A stretch of DNA of 64,000 nucleotides from assembly GCA_012840395.1 (NCBI GenBank), contig DULL01000110.1, forward strand, positions 10,002 through 74,001, written 5' to 3'. This stretch comes from Clostridiaceae bacterium (GTDB taxonomy: Bacteria > Bacillota > Clostridia > Acetivibrionales > DULL01). The translations under genes were made by a program, and so were the position numbers. The notes under the pieces are model-generated. The model did not search any database. It had not been told where the DNA came from and saw only the letters and a list, made by a program, of their open reading frames with translations. Shown in pieces: positions 19,422 through 29,280 of this stretch; the stretch's first letter is position 1, and each line of letters opens with the position of its first letter.

Positions 19422-19510
19422 GCTGAATTGAAGTAAAATTATTAGCAACCTTGTTCAGTGGGGGATTGCAAGACCCTCACTGAATCCCCGAGCGAAGCGA
19501 GTTTGCTAAT
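19422..19510 (-). repeat. Structured GC-rich intergenic repeat, copy A; on the plus strand it doubles as a terminator-like hairpin after dpaB
   Basis: 51/57 core match to 38882-38938 in reverse-complement orientation. 11-bp inner stem. An outer stem attagcaa/ttgctaat is followed by ggttttttctattttttt. Confidence 0.8.
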
Positions 19511-19687
19511 GGTTTTTTCTATTTTTTTCAGCTAATTCAATATGATTACATTTATTCAATCCTTTATTTAATTCTTATTTTTATTCTTGAAAATATGATA
19601 TATAATAAAGAGGATAATAATAGAAATTATATTATCAGCATTAAAATGATAATCAATGATTAATTATTAAGAGAGGAGTATTAATGA

Positions 19688-20584
19688 ATGAGTAATGTAA
19701 AATTCAAGGGTATAATGCCGGCAATCATAACTCCGTTGAATGAAGACGGTTCAATACGAGAAAAAGTATTAAGAAAGTTAATTAACTGGCATCTGGACGC
19801 AGGCTGTTCCGGATTTTATATCTGCGGTGCTACAGGTGAAGGTACTGTAATGAAACCGGAAGCAAGAAAAATGATGGCTGAAATCATGGTAGACGAAGTA
19901 AAAGGCAGAGGAGTTGTAATAGACCATGTAGGGGCTATTGACTTAAGAACAGCGGTTGATTTGGCAAAACACGCTTCCGATATTGGTGTTGATGCAATAT
20001 CTTCAGTTCCACCATTCTTCTATGGCTATTCTGAAAGAGAGATAACCCAGTATTATCAGGCTCTTTCTGATGCATCTGATGTGCCATTGTTGATGTACGC
20101 ATCTCCACTGTCAGGTGTTAAAATTACATCGGATATGGTAGATAGAATGCTGAAAATCAAAAACATGATTGGGCTGAAATGGACCAGCTATGATTATTAT
20201 GAAATGAGAAAACTAAAAGAGCTTAATAATGGTGATATTAATGTTATAAACGGTCCTGATGAAACACTTCTTTGTGGTCTTATTATGGGAGCAGATGGTG
20301 GAATCGGAGCTACATACAATATTATGCCTAAGTTATATGTTAAAATTTATGAAAATTTCCATGCTGGAAATATTGCTGCAGCCCAGGAAGCTCAGTTTAA
20401 AGTTAACAGGGTTATTAATATACTTTTGAAGTATGGCGTTATTACAGGATTAAGAGATGCACTTGAGAAACTTGGCTTTGAAGTTGGCTATGCAACTTAT
20501 CCGTTAAAGAGATTTACTCCTGAAGAACAAGAAGCTTTCCGTAAAGAGTTGGACAGTATAAGATTCTTTGAGGAATATGAATAA
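19688..20584 (+). CDS. DHDPS/NAL-family class I aldolase, N-acetylneuraminate-lyase-like (not DapA)
   Basis: GATGEG, PLSGVKIT, Schiff-base lysine context GLKWTSYD and GADGGIGATYNIM closely mirror E. coli NanA. The DapA-specific NVPGRT arginine context is absent. Confidence 0.8.
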   Translation: MSNVKFKGIMPAIITPLNEDGSIREKVLRKLINWHLDAGCSGFYICGATGEGTVMKPEARKMMAEIMVDEVKGRGVVIDHVGAIDLRTAVDLAKHASDIGVDAISSVPPFFYGYSEREITQYYQALSDASDVPLLMYASPLSGVKITSDMVDRMLKIKNMIGLKWTSYDYYEMRKLKELNNGDINVINGPDETLLCGLIMGADGGIGATYNIMPKLYVKIYENFHAGNIAAAQEAQFKVNRVINILLKYGVITGLRDALEKLGFEVGYATYPLKRFTPEEQEAFRKELDSIRFFEEYE

Positions 20585-20641
20585 TTTTGAGGGAAATATT
20601 AATAATTATTTATGGTAATATATTGGTTTTGAAAGCCAGAA

Positions 20642-20676
20642 AACCGGGTATTGGATAAAATATCCGGTTTTTTTCT
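20642..20676 (+). terminator. Rho-independent terminator after the aldolase gene
   Basis: aaccgggtat...atatccggtt hairpin followed by tttttt. Confidence 0.7.
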
Positions 20677-20785
20677 ATTGCTTTATATAATATAAAATTG
20701 TACAATGAAATACTACAGCTGGTACATTTTTTAACTTATTATTATGCTATAATAACAACAGGACTTGTTGGTGGTGAGGGGTCAT

Positions 20786-22537
20786 TTGAAAAGGATCGGC
20801 AATTTGAGTAATTTTTCTATAAAAACAAGGCTGATTATTTTATTTCTTATTATGTCACTAGTTCCTGTTGTAATAGTAGGTTATTTATCAATTTCAATTA
20901 TTTCTCATTATTCTCAAAATGAAAGGATAAGAGTCAGTGTTGCAAATCTAAAACTCATTACCACTATGATAGATGAGAGAATAAGAATTATACAGACAGA
21001 AAGTATCAGAATCTCACAGGATGACTCTGTATTAACCCTGCTAAAAAGCGGGGAGAAAAATACTCATCCCTCAATTACTTCTTCCGCAAAATCCAAGCTC
21101 TATAGATTCAATAACTATCCCGAGATACATTCTATATATCTGTTCAGTCTTTCAGAAAATGTGTATACTAACCAGGCAGTACCCCTGTTTAATATTTCTG
21201 ACATGGAAAGAATAGATTGGTTTAAGGATAATATTGAAAGTGATAGAAATTTTTTTATTGGTGAACCACTATTCCTTAACAGGGATATATTAATTCCGTA
21301 TATACGCATAATAAAGGACTATACAAATCATAATGCCAAACTTGGCATAAGCATGGCGAATATTTATGAAAGCACTTTTAATAAGGCCTTCATGGACTAT
21401 GGTGATATATTACTATTAAATGAAAATAATATTATATTGTCTTCATCTGATAAGATAAAAATTGGGAGAAATTTTTTTGAAGCATATAATACAGGTTTTT
21501 CAGATTTCAACGATGGTGAAAGTATTAAGTCAAAACTTAATAAAAAACCTTATATTATTACCTATCTTACAAATCACATCAACGGTTACCGGATAGTTGA
21601 GCTGATACCGTATAATTCAGAAATGTTTCCAGTAAATGATATATATAAGTCAACTATAGTTATTGTATTAGTATGCGTAATACTGTGTATTATACTTGCA
21701 TTAGTGTTGGCCAGCTATGTTACTTATCCTTTACGGAAATTAAAAGAAAAGGTAGATGCACTAAAAATAGATAACCTGGATACAGGTGTTGTCAGAAGCT
21801 CAACAGATGAAATTGGAATGCTCGAAAATAGTTTCAGTGATATGGCTCAAAGATTAAAAAAATCTATGGAGCATATTTCTGACATACAAGAAAAACGTCG
21901 TAAAGCAGAATATCGTGCTATAGAATTGCAAATTAATCCACATTTTTTATATAATACTTTATCATCAATCAACTGGTTAGCAAATATTGGGGATACGGAT
22001 AGTGTTGAACTGGTTACAAATTCGTTGTCAAAATTATTTAGAATAAGCGTTAACCGTGGAAAAGAAACGATTAGAGTTTGCGATGAGATAGAACATGTAC
22101 GGTGCTACCTTGAAATACAAAAAAACCGCTATAGCAATGAATTTGATTATCAAATTGATGTAGAACCGGATGTAATGGGATACTATATCATTAAAATAAT
22201 TCTTCAGCCATTGGCTGAAAATTCACTATATCACGGAATAAGGGGAAGAGGAATAAAAAATGGCTTTATACGGATATCTGCCAGACAGGAGGATAATATT
22301 CTGATTTTTGAAGTGGCAGATAATGGTAATATTTCAATTGATAAAATCAACGAAATGAACCAAATGCTTCAGATGGAAGAACCTGCTCAAGAATATGGAA
22401 TAGGCATGCTTAATGTTCATAGCCGAATTCGTTATTATTATAAAGAAAATTATGGATTAAGGTACGAAAAACGTGGCGAACTGACGGTAGCCCAAATAAA
22501 AGTACCCATTATATATAAGGAGGATGCCAGTGTATAA
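20786..22537 (+). CDS. Sensor histidine kinase, YesM/LytS-type (module 1)
   Basis: Two TM segments flank a ~250-aa extracytoplasmic domain, followed by HAMP, the His_kinase motif INPHFLYNTLSSINWL, and HATPase_c. TTG 20786 is preferred: it follows GGTGAGGGG and aligns with the HK2 N-terminus. The track start at 20765 remains possible. Confidence 0.88.
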   Translation: MKRIGNLSNFSIKTRLIILFLIMSLVPVVIVGYLSISIISHYSQNERIRVSVANLKLITTMIDERIRIIQTESIRISQDDSVLTLLKSGEKNTHPSITSSAKSKLYRFNNYPEIHSIYLFSLSENVYTNQAVPLFNISDMERIDWFKDNIESDRNFFIGEPLFLNRDILIPYIRIIKDYTNHNAKLGISMANIYESTFNKAFMDYGDILLLNENNIILSSSDKIKIGRNFFEAYNTGFSDFNDGESIKSKLNKKPYIITYLTNHINGYRIVELIPYNSEMFPVNDIYKSTIVIVLVCVILCIILALVLASYVTYPLRKLKEKVDALKIDNLDTGVVRSSTDEIGMLENSFSDMAQRLKKSMEHISDIQEKRRKAEYRAIELQINPHFLYNTLSSINWLANIGDTDSVELVTNSLSKLFRISVNRGKETIRVCDEIEHVRCYLEIQKNRYSNEFDYQIDVEPDVMGYYIIKIILQPLAENSLYHGIRGRGIKNGFIRISARQEDNILIFEVADNGNISIDKINEMNQMLQMEEPAQEYGIGMLNVHSRIRYYYKENYGLRYEKRGELTVAQIKVPIIYKEDASV

Positions 22538-24128
22538 TTTTCTGGTTGTTGATGACGAAAAGCATATACGTGATTCTGTAGCAAGTATTATTAAAAGCAT
22601 TAATAATGATAATGTTTTACAAGCAGATAATGGAGCCACTGCATTAAGAATTATGGAGCAGGAACAGATTGATGCTGTGATTTTGGATATAAGGATGCCA
22701 ATTATAGACGGTATTTCTTTCCTGAAAAAGATGCGGGAGTATGCAAATTCCCGGGATGTTGCAGTAGCTATATTGAGCGGATATGACGAATTTGAATATG
22801 CCAGGCAGGTAATGTCATACGGAGTTATTGATTATATTCTTAAGCCATTTACCCGTGGGGATATAATGAAAATATATTATAAAATTGTGCGTAAATTAAA
22901 AAACCGTAATTTATTGGATAAGGAAATTGCAGATCTGGTTCAGCGCTCAAATGAAATAAAACCACTAATTAAACAACGCTTTTTTATAGATCTTATTCAA
23001 AATAATATTACATTGACTGAATTTGAAAAACAAAGGAATTTCTTAAATTTAAGCATAAAAAGCCAACCAATTCGAGTAGCACTTGTGGAAATTGACACTA
23101 TTGAATCAGAATTGCTTAGCCAAAGTGATGACAATGAAATTAGGCTATTTAAAATAATGGATATAATTCAAAATATAGTATCTGAATGGATATATTGCGA
23201 TTGCTTTAGTATATCAAGCAATATTGTATCAGTGGTATGGTGCCCTGCCAATATTGAGAAGGATTTACCTTATTTTATAGAGAATATTGAGCTTCTTATT
23301 AATGAAATGGCAGAGATCTATAAGGTTATTCTAAATGTTGGAATTGGTGAGACGGTTAAAAATCCATTAAACCTTAAACAATCATATGATTCAGCTTTTA
23401 ATGCTCTAAAATATAAATTACTATATGGATCTGGTCAGATATTTGATACATACAACTTGCCCGACCAGCGTGAAAAAGCTCCACTGAGTTTTAGAACTGA
23501 GGAAGTAATTGAGAAAATCTGGCTAAATAAGCCAGAGGAAGCAATTAAATCATTATCTGATTATCTTGACAGCATAAGAAGTGAGCCTGACAAATACCAT
23601 GTCTTGTCTATTCAATTATTACTTAGCAAGCTTCTGATAGATTGTTTGATTTTATTGGAAAAAGAATGCGATAATCTTGATAGCTTTATTAAGAAACAAG
23701 GAACTAATTTATTAAATATGAATTTTAGCAATCAATCAATTAACCAGGTTGAAAAATTTTTCACTTCATTGATCAGAAATATTTGTAAAGAGATAATGAA
23801 TAACAGGAATGACAGCGGTAAAAACGCTGTTTTCAAAGCTAAACAAATTATTTTACAAAAATATAATACACCTATAAATGTGGAAAGCATAGCAAAGGAG
23901 CTGCATTATAGTAAAAATTACTTTGGCCAGCTATTTAAAGCTGAAACAGGTATGTTTGTAAATGAATATATTAATCTCATAAGAATACAAAAGGCCAAAG
24001 AATTATTGGCTTCAAAGAAATATTATTTATATGAAATTGCAAATCTGGTAGGATTTGAAGACCAACAGTATTTTACACGTGTATTTAAGAAAATTGTTGG
24101 AGTTTCACCTTCTGAATATCGTGTATAA
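22524..24128 (+). CDS. Response regulator, REC + AraC-type HTH (YesN-like, module 1)
   Basis: REC domain (LVVDDE...DAVILDIRMP) and C-terminal AraC HTH (YFGQLFKAETG...GFEDQQYFTRVFKK). Overlaps the end of the kinase gene by 14 nt. Confidence 0.9.
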   Translation: MPVYNFLVVDDEKHIRDSVASIIKSINNDNVLQADNGATALRIMEQEQIDAVILDIRMPIIDGISFLKKMREYANSRDVAVAILSGYDEFEYARQVMSYGVIDYILKPFTRGDIMKIYYKIVRKLKNRNLLDKEIADLVQRSNEIKPLIKQRFFIDLIQNNITLTEFEKQRNFLNLSIKSQPIRVALVEIDTIESELLSQSDDNEIRLFKIMDIIQNIVSEWIYCDCFSISSNIVSVVWCPANIEKDLPYFIENIELLINEMAEIYKVILNVGIGETVKNPLNLKQSYDSAFNALKYKLLYGSGQIFDTYNLPDQREKAPLSFRTEEVIEKIWLNKPEEAIKSLSDYLDSIRSEPDKYHVLSIQLLLSKLLIDCLILLEKECDNLDSFIKKQGTNLLNMNFSNQSINQVEKFFTSLIRNICKEIMNNRNDSGKNAVFKAKQIILQKYNTPINVESIAKELHYSKNYFGQLFKAETGMFVNEYINLIRIQKAKELLASKKYYLYEIANLVGFEDQQYFTRVFKKIVGVSPSEYRV

Positions 24129-24323
24129 TTAACTATTATTATCAATAAAATCATTGATTTTTATAAATTACCTGTAATTATTATAAATTCAGAGGTAATC
24201 ATATTAGTTGTTTTTGCAAATCATTCTTTCCTGAGTCCATTGTAATCATCATTGACTAGAAATATAATCATTCTTGAAAAAGAATCTAAAACAAAATATT
24301 AGATGAAAAGGTTGGAATGCATA

Positions 24324-25328
24324 ATGAAGATCAGTGTAGGACCAACAAGTAGCCCTATCAAAAGAAATAAAAGCTTCTTAAGATCGGCTTTCCGGTCTCT
24401 AAATTCTAATTACTTTATAATTTACATAGTAATTGTACTATTTATTTTACTCAGTATTATTACAGACTCATTTCTGACATCCAGCAACTTACTTAATGTA
24501 CTCAGACAGGTTTCAATGGTTTCAATAGTATCAGCGGGAATGTTCTTTTGTATGGTTGGCGGAGGAATTGACTTATCTGCTGGTGCAACCGTAGGATTTA
24601 CCGGAATTGTATTTGCAGACTTAATAGTTAATAAAAATGTGAATCCCGCAATAGCCATCATAATATGCCTTTTGGTCGGAGCTTTAGTAGGTCTATGTAA
24701 CGGTGTATTAGTATCATATTTTAATTTCTTGCCTTTTGTTGCTACCTGTGGAATGATGTTTGTTTCACAAGGGTTGGCATTCCTCTGGACTAATTCATAT
24801 CCAGTTTTGGATCTCCCTCCTGAGATCGAATATATAGGGCGCGGATATTTGTTTAATATACCTTTTCCCTTATATATTGTACTGGTTGTATATGTTATTT
24901 CATTTATTGTCTCAGAAAAAACCAGTTATGGCCGTTTCCTTTTTGCGGCGGGTGGTAATGATGAGGCCGCCTATCTTTCCGGAATTAATGTTAGGAGAGT
25001 TCGTCTGATTAGCTACATTATATGCGGTACTTTGGTAGCCGTTGCAGCAATCATACTCTGCGGACGTTTAGACTCAGCACAGCCAGCCAACGGCTCCAAC
25101 TGGGGCTTTGAAGCAATTACAGCATGCGTGCTCGGCGGGACCAGTATGAGCGGGGGAAAGGGTAAAGTTTTAGGTGTATTACTTGGAGCAATATTTGTAG
25201 GTATGCTAACAAATGGTATGACATTGTTAAATATTAATTCAAATCTGCAAATTGCAATAAGAGGGCTTGTATTAATAATTGCTGTTGGAACAGATCTTTA
25301 TAAGTCAATTAAGAACAGGAAAGCGTAG
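24324..25328 (+). CDS. CUT2 sugar ABC transporter permease (RbsC-like, module 1)
   Basis: Polytopic membrane protein with motifs GGIDLSAGA and GG.S..GGKG. ATG 24324 aligns best with the paralog's N-terminus; ATG 24303 is the alternative. Confidence 0.88.
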   Translation: MKISVGPTSSPIKRNKSFLRSAFRSLNSNYFIIYIVIVLFILLSIITDSFLTSSNLLNVLRQVSMVSIVSAGMFFCMVGGGIDLSAGATVGFTGIVFADLIVNKNVNPAIAIIICLLVGALVGLCNGVLVSYFNFLPFVATCGMMFVSQGLAFLWTNSYPVLDLPPEIEYIGRGYLFNIPFPLYIVLVVYVISFIVSEKTSYGRFLFAAGGNDEAAYLSGINVRRVRLISYIICGTLVAVAAIILCGRLDSAQPANGSNWGFEAITACVLGGTSMSGGKGKVLGVLLGAIFVGMLTNGMTLLNINSNLQIAIRGLVLIIAVGTDLYKSIKNRKA

Positions 25329-25337
25329 AGGTGTGAT

Positions 25338-26831
25338 ATGTCTGAAAATATATTGGAAATAAAACATGTTACTAAATCATTTCCTGGTGTAGTTGCCTTA
25401 GATGATGTCAGCTTTAATATAAAAAAGGGTGAAATCCATGCCCTTGTAGGAGAGAATGGAGCAGGAAAATCAACGCTGATAAAGATACTATCCGGAGCAT
25501 ATTCTCTTGATAAAGGCTACCTGGTATTAAAAGGCAAGAACGTAAAATTTAATTCTCCAATAGAGGCAATAGCACAGGGTATCAGTGTAGTACATCAGGA
25601 GATTAAGCTGGTGGGAACCCTTACTGTGGCAGAAAATATTTTTATTGGCCGTCTGCCTCTAAATAAGAAGACACATCTGGTAAACTGGAATAAATTAAAT
25701 CATAATGCAAGATTACTGTTAGACAGTATTGGATCTGATATTGACGAGAAAGAATATGTAAATAATTTGTCAATAGCGCAGCAACAGTTGGTAGAAATAT
25801 GTAAAGCACTTTCTTATAATTCTGAAATTATCATAATGGATGAACCATCAGCAACCCTTACTTATGCTGAACTAGAAATTTTATTTACCATACTTAGAAA
25901 ATTAAAAGAACAGAAGATCACTATAATTTACATATCTCACCGTCTGGAAGAAATATTCGAAATCGCAGATACAGTGACTGTACTGCGTGATGGCAAGCAT
26001 ATTCATACCGGAGATGTTAATGAATTCGACAGAAAAAAGCTTATTTCCATGATGGTAGGAAGAGAGCTTGAAAATGAGTATCCGAAAGAATTTGCTGAAA
26101 GAGGTGAACCTCTTTTAGAAGTAAAAAATCTTAACAGACCTGGCAAATTGAAAAATATCAGCTTTACTTTATATCGTGGAGAGATACTTGGTATTGCCGG
26201 GCTGGTTGGATCTGGCAGAACAGAAATGGCCAGGACTATTTTTGGTGCGGATAAAAACAAAAAGAATTCCGGAGAAATTTTTATTAAAGGCAAAAAAGTA
26301 GAAATAAACAGCGTTCAGGATGCAACGAAATATGGTATTGCACTTATTCCTGAGGATAGAAAAACCCAAGGACTTGTTTTACTAATGTCTATTAAAGAGA
26401 ATGTCAGCATGGCTAACATTAAGAGAATAATTTCCAAAGGATTTTTAAACAGAAAGAAAGAAACTGATTTAGCAAACAAATTCATTGATGTTCTTCAAAT
26501 CCAGGCACCTGATGAAAATTTTGTTGTAAGGAATCTCTCTGGTGGAAATCAGCAGAAAGTTGTAATTGCAAAGTGGCTTGCTGCTAATTCAGATATTCTG
26601 ATACTTGATGAGCCAACGCGTGGCGTTGATGTAGGTGCTAAAGCTGAAATCTACAAGCTGCTTAATACTTTTATTGCTAGTGGAAAGGGGGTAATAATGA
26701 TTTCTTCCGATATGCCGGAGATAATCGGAATGTGCGACAGAGTACTGGTTTTCCGTGACGGTACCATTACTGGCGAGTTCACACGTGAGGAAGTAACTCA
26801 AGAAAAACTGTTGGATTGTGCAATAAAATAG
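25338..26831 (+). CDS. CUT2 sugar ABC transporter ATP-binding protein (RbsA-like, two ABC domains, module 1)
   Basis: Walker A GENGAGKST, signature LSIAQQQ / LSGGNQQK, and Walker B IIIMDEPS / ILILDEPT. Confidence 0.95.
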   Translation: MSENILEIKHVTKSFPGVVALDDVSFNIKKGEIHALVGENGAGKSTLIKILSGAYSLDKGYLVLKGKNVKFNSPIEAIAQGISVVHQEIKLVGTLTVAENIFIGRLPLNKKTHLVNWNKLNHNARLLLDSIGSDIDEKEYVNNLSIAQQQLVEICKALSYNSEIIIMDEPSATLTYAELEILFTILRKLKEQKITIIYISHRLEEIFEIADTVTVLRDGKHIHTGDVNEFDRKKLISMMVGRELENEYPKEFAERGEPLLEVKNLNRPGKLKNISFTLYRGEILGIAGLVGSGRTEMARTIFGADKNKKNSGEIFIKGKKVEINSVQDATKYGIALIPEDRKTQGLVLLMSIKENVSMANIKRIISKGFLNRKKETDLANKFIDVLQIQAPDENFVVRNLSGGNQQKVVIAKWLAANSDILILDEPTRGVDVGAKAEIYKLLNTFIASGKGVIMISSDMPEIIGMCDRVLVFRDGTITGEFTREEVTQEKLLDCAIK

Positions 26832-26866
26832 GTTAAAACGGTTAGAAACCAAGGGAGGGTATAGCA

Positions 26867-27895
26867 ATGAAAAAGTTTTTGGCAATTTTATTAATTATCG
26901 TACTTATGTCTTCTATAGTTGCCTGCTCGTCTGCAACTAAAACTCCTGCAAATAGCGGAGAATCTACAAAAAGTGAAGATACCCAGTCTAGTGTAAAGAC
27001 AACAAAGGATAAAAAAGTATTGGGAGTAGTATTATTCTACAGGCGTGATGAATTTTACATGGACCTTGAAACTAAAGTAAGACTTGACGCAGAAAAAGCA
27101 GGATTTGAAGTCCTTATTACTGATGCTGATGCTGATATGGCAAAGGCTGCAGCTGCAATAGAAGACTATACAGCTAAAGGTGTTGATGCAATTTTATGTA
27201 CGGGTTCACAATTACTTGTATCTTCTGTTGAAGCTGCTTTGGATAAAGGGATACCTGTTGTTTGCTTTGATGGTTCAACACCCACTGATAAAATCATTTC
27301 CAATATAACCTATGATCCTATCGATGATGGAAGAAGTGTCGGAAACTGGGCAAAGAAATATATTGAGGAACACTGGCCTAATGAGACAGTTGAAATAGCA
27401 ATATTAGATTTTCCTGCTTCCTCAGAAATTTGCGTTGGCCGTGTAAATGGCTTTAAAGAAGTAATTGCCACTGTTCCAAATGCAAAGATAGTTGCCCAGA
27501 TGGATGGCAAAGCATCTCGTGCAGATTCCATGGCCGCTGCTGAAACAATTTTGGAGGCTAATCCAAATATTAAATTAGCTTATGGAATAAATTTTGATAC
27601 AATAGCAGGTTTTTATGCCGCACTTGAAGCCAGGAAAAAAACTGATACCGTACTTTGTGCAAGTGGAAGCTGGGGAGAAGAAGCTATTAGATTCCTGGAA
27701 CAAGATCACCCACAGTATAAAGCATTTACTCTGATGGATCCATGGAAGATGGCATCAATTGGTGTGCAAGCAGTAGTAGATGCTTTGGAAGGCAAGAAAG
27801 TTGAGCAGACACAAGCTATGAAAGCCATCACTTATACTTCTGAAACAATTAATACCTTAGATTGGAAGGAAATTATTGAAAACAGAATAAAATAA
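26867..27895 (+). CDS. Sugar ABC substrate-binding lipoprotein (RbsB/PBP1-like, module 1)
   Basis: Signal peptide with lipobox IVAC and a periplasmic-binding-protein type I pattern. Follows the permease and ATPase genes. Confidence 0.85.
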   Translation: MKKFLAILLIIVLMSSIVACSSATKTPANSGESTKSEDTQSSVKTTKDKKVLGVVLFYRRDEFYMDLETKVRLDAEKAGFEVLITDADADMAKAAAAIEDYTAKGVDAILCTGSQLLVSSVEAALDKGIPVVCFDGSTPTDKIISNITYDPIDDGRSVGNWAKKYIEEHWPNETVEIAILDFPASSEICVGRVNGFKEVIATVPNAKIVAQMDGKASRADSMAAAETILEANPNIKLAYGINFDTIAGFYAALEARKKTDTVLCASGSWGEEAIRFLEQDHPQYKAFTLMDPWKMASIGVQAVVDALEGKKVEQTQAMKAITYTSETINTLDWKEIIENRIK

Positions 27896-27985
27896 TACTA
27901 CTAATAACGCTATAATATACTAAAAAGTACAATAACTTAATAATCCAATAGCTTTGTTTAATGAATAGTTTAATAATGGAAATAG

Positions 27986-28016
27986 AAAAGGACTGTATAG
28001 AAAACAGTCCTTTTTG
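27986..28016 (+). terminator. Rho-independent terminator after module-1 ABC operon
   Basis: aaaaggactgt-atagaaa-acagtccttttt hairpin with a T-run. Confidence 0.75.
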
Positions 28017-28255
28017 CTACAATTCTCATGAGCATCACCTCATGTTGTAGGTTCATACCTTTAATTTTTAAAACATATCATTAATTTTTCTATTTATACA
28101 AGTTGTATAATTTTTTATAATCAAATGTGTATGCTATTTGTCATTTATGCATTAAATGACCTTTTTCTATAACAAGATAATTGCAGTTTTATAATTCAAA
28201 ATTGCAGTTAAATGACTTAATTTACTTATTCAACTATAAGGAGGAACATTGTATT

Positions 28256-29263
28256 ATGAGTGCTGAAATTCAAAAAAGACCTGGCGCTGAAGCTGCTAAA
28301 GGCACAAATAAATTTGTGGAGATCATCAAATACATCAGCTCAGAATATGTAATCATCTATGCAGTAATCGCTCTCTCTATTGTATTATCATTAGCTTCAG
28401 ATGTTTTTTTGACAACAGGTAATATAATGAACGTACTGAGACAAACATCAATGATAGCTATACTTGCCGCAGGAATATTCTTTGTTATGGTTGGCGGTGG
28501 AATGGACATTTCAGTTGGTGCAACTGTAGGACTTTCAGGTATAGCTTTTGCCAGTGCTCTGGTAAATTGGGGTTGGCATCCTCTTCCTGCTTTTATTTTT
28601 GCAATATTGGTCGGCTGTTTGGCAGGAGTAGTTAATGCGTTTATGGTAACAAAAGCAGGTATACCGCCTTTTATTGCTACATTGGGTATGATGTCTGCAG
28701 CGAGAGGTTTAATATATGTTGTAACAAATGCATATCCAATATCAGGATTGCCAAAATCAATTGCTTTTATTGGAAGAGGTTACTGGTTGGGAATACCATT
28801 TCCTGTAATAATTATGGCAGTTGTTTATCTGGTTGCGCATTTTGTATCACAGAAAACCAAATTTGGAAGATTTGTTTATGCATCCGGAGGAAATGTTGAA
28901 GCTGCATACTTATCAGGTATAAAAGTTAAGAAAATCATAGCATCTACTTATATAATTTGTGCGGCGCTGGCTGCATTAAGCGGTGTTATTTTGGTATCAA
29001 GACTTGACTCAGGCCAGCCAAATGCGGGTCTTACATGGGAATTTGAAGCAATAACCGCTGCTGTTATTGGTGGTGTAAGTATTACCGGTGGTAAAGGAAA
29101 GGTATTGGGAGTATTTTTTGGTGCAATACTAATCGGTCTGCTTACAAACGGAATGACCTTATTGAATGTATCGTCATACTACCAGCAGATCATTAAGGGA
29201 GCTGTACTTGCAGGAGCTATAGGACTTGACGTATATAAGACTAAGAAAGCAAACAAAGTATAG
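28256..29263 (+). CDS. CUT2 sugar ABC transporter permease (RbsC-like, module 2)
   Basis: Paralog of 24324-25328, roughly half the residues identical by eye. Start reset to ATG 28256 behind AAGGAGG; the 25 upstream codons in the track ORF are promoter/leader. Confidence 0.9.
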   Translation: MSAEIQKRPGAEAAKGTNKFVEIIKYISSEYVIIYAVIALSIVLSLASDVFLTTGNIMNVLRQTSMIAILAAGIFFVMVGGGMDISVGATVGLSGIAFASALVNWGWHPLPAFIFAILVGCLAGVVNAFMVTKAGIPPFIATLGMMSAARGLIYVVTNAYPISGLPKSIAFIGRGYWLGIPFPVIIMAVVYLVAHFVSQKTKFGRFVYASGGNVEAAYLSGIKVKKIIASTYIICAALAALSGVILVSRLDSGQPNAGLTWEFEAITAAVIGGVSITGGKGKVLGVFFGAILIGLLTNGMTLLNVSSYYQQIIKGAVLAGAIGLDVYKTKKANKV

Positions 29264-29280
29264 AGACAGGGGGCATTACT

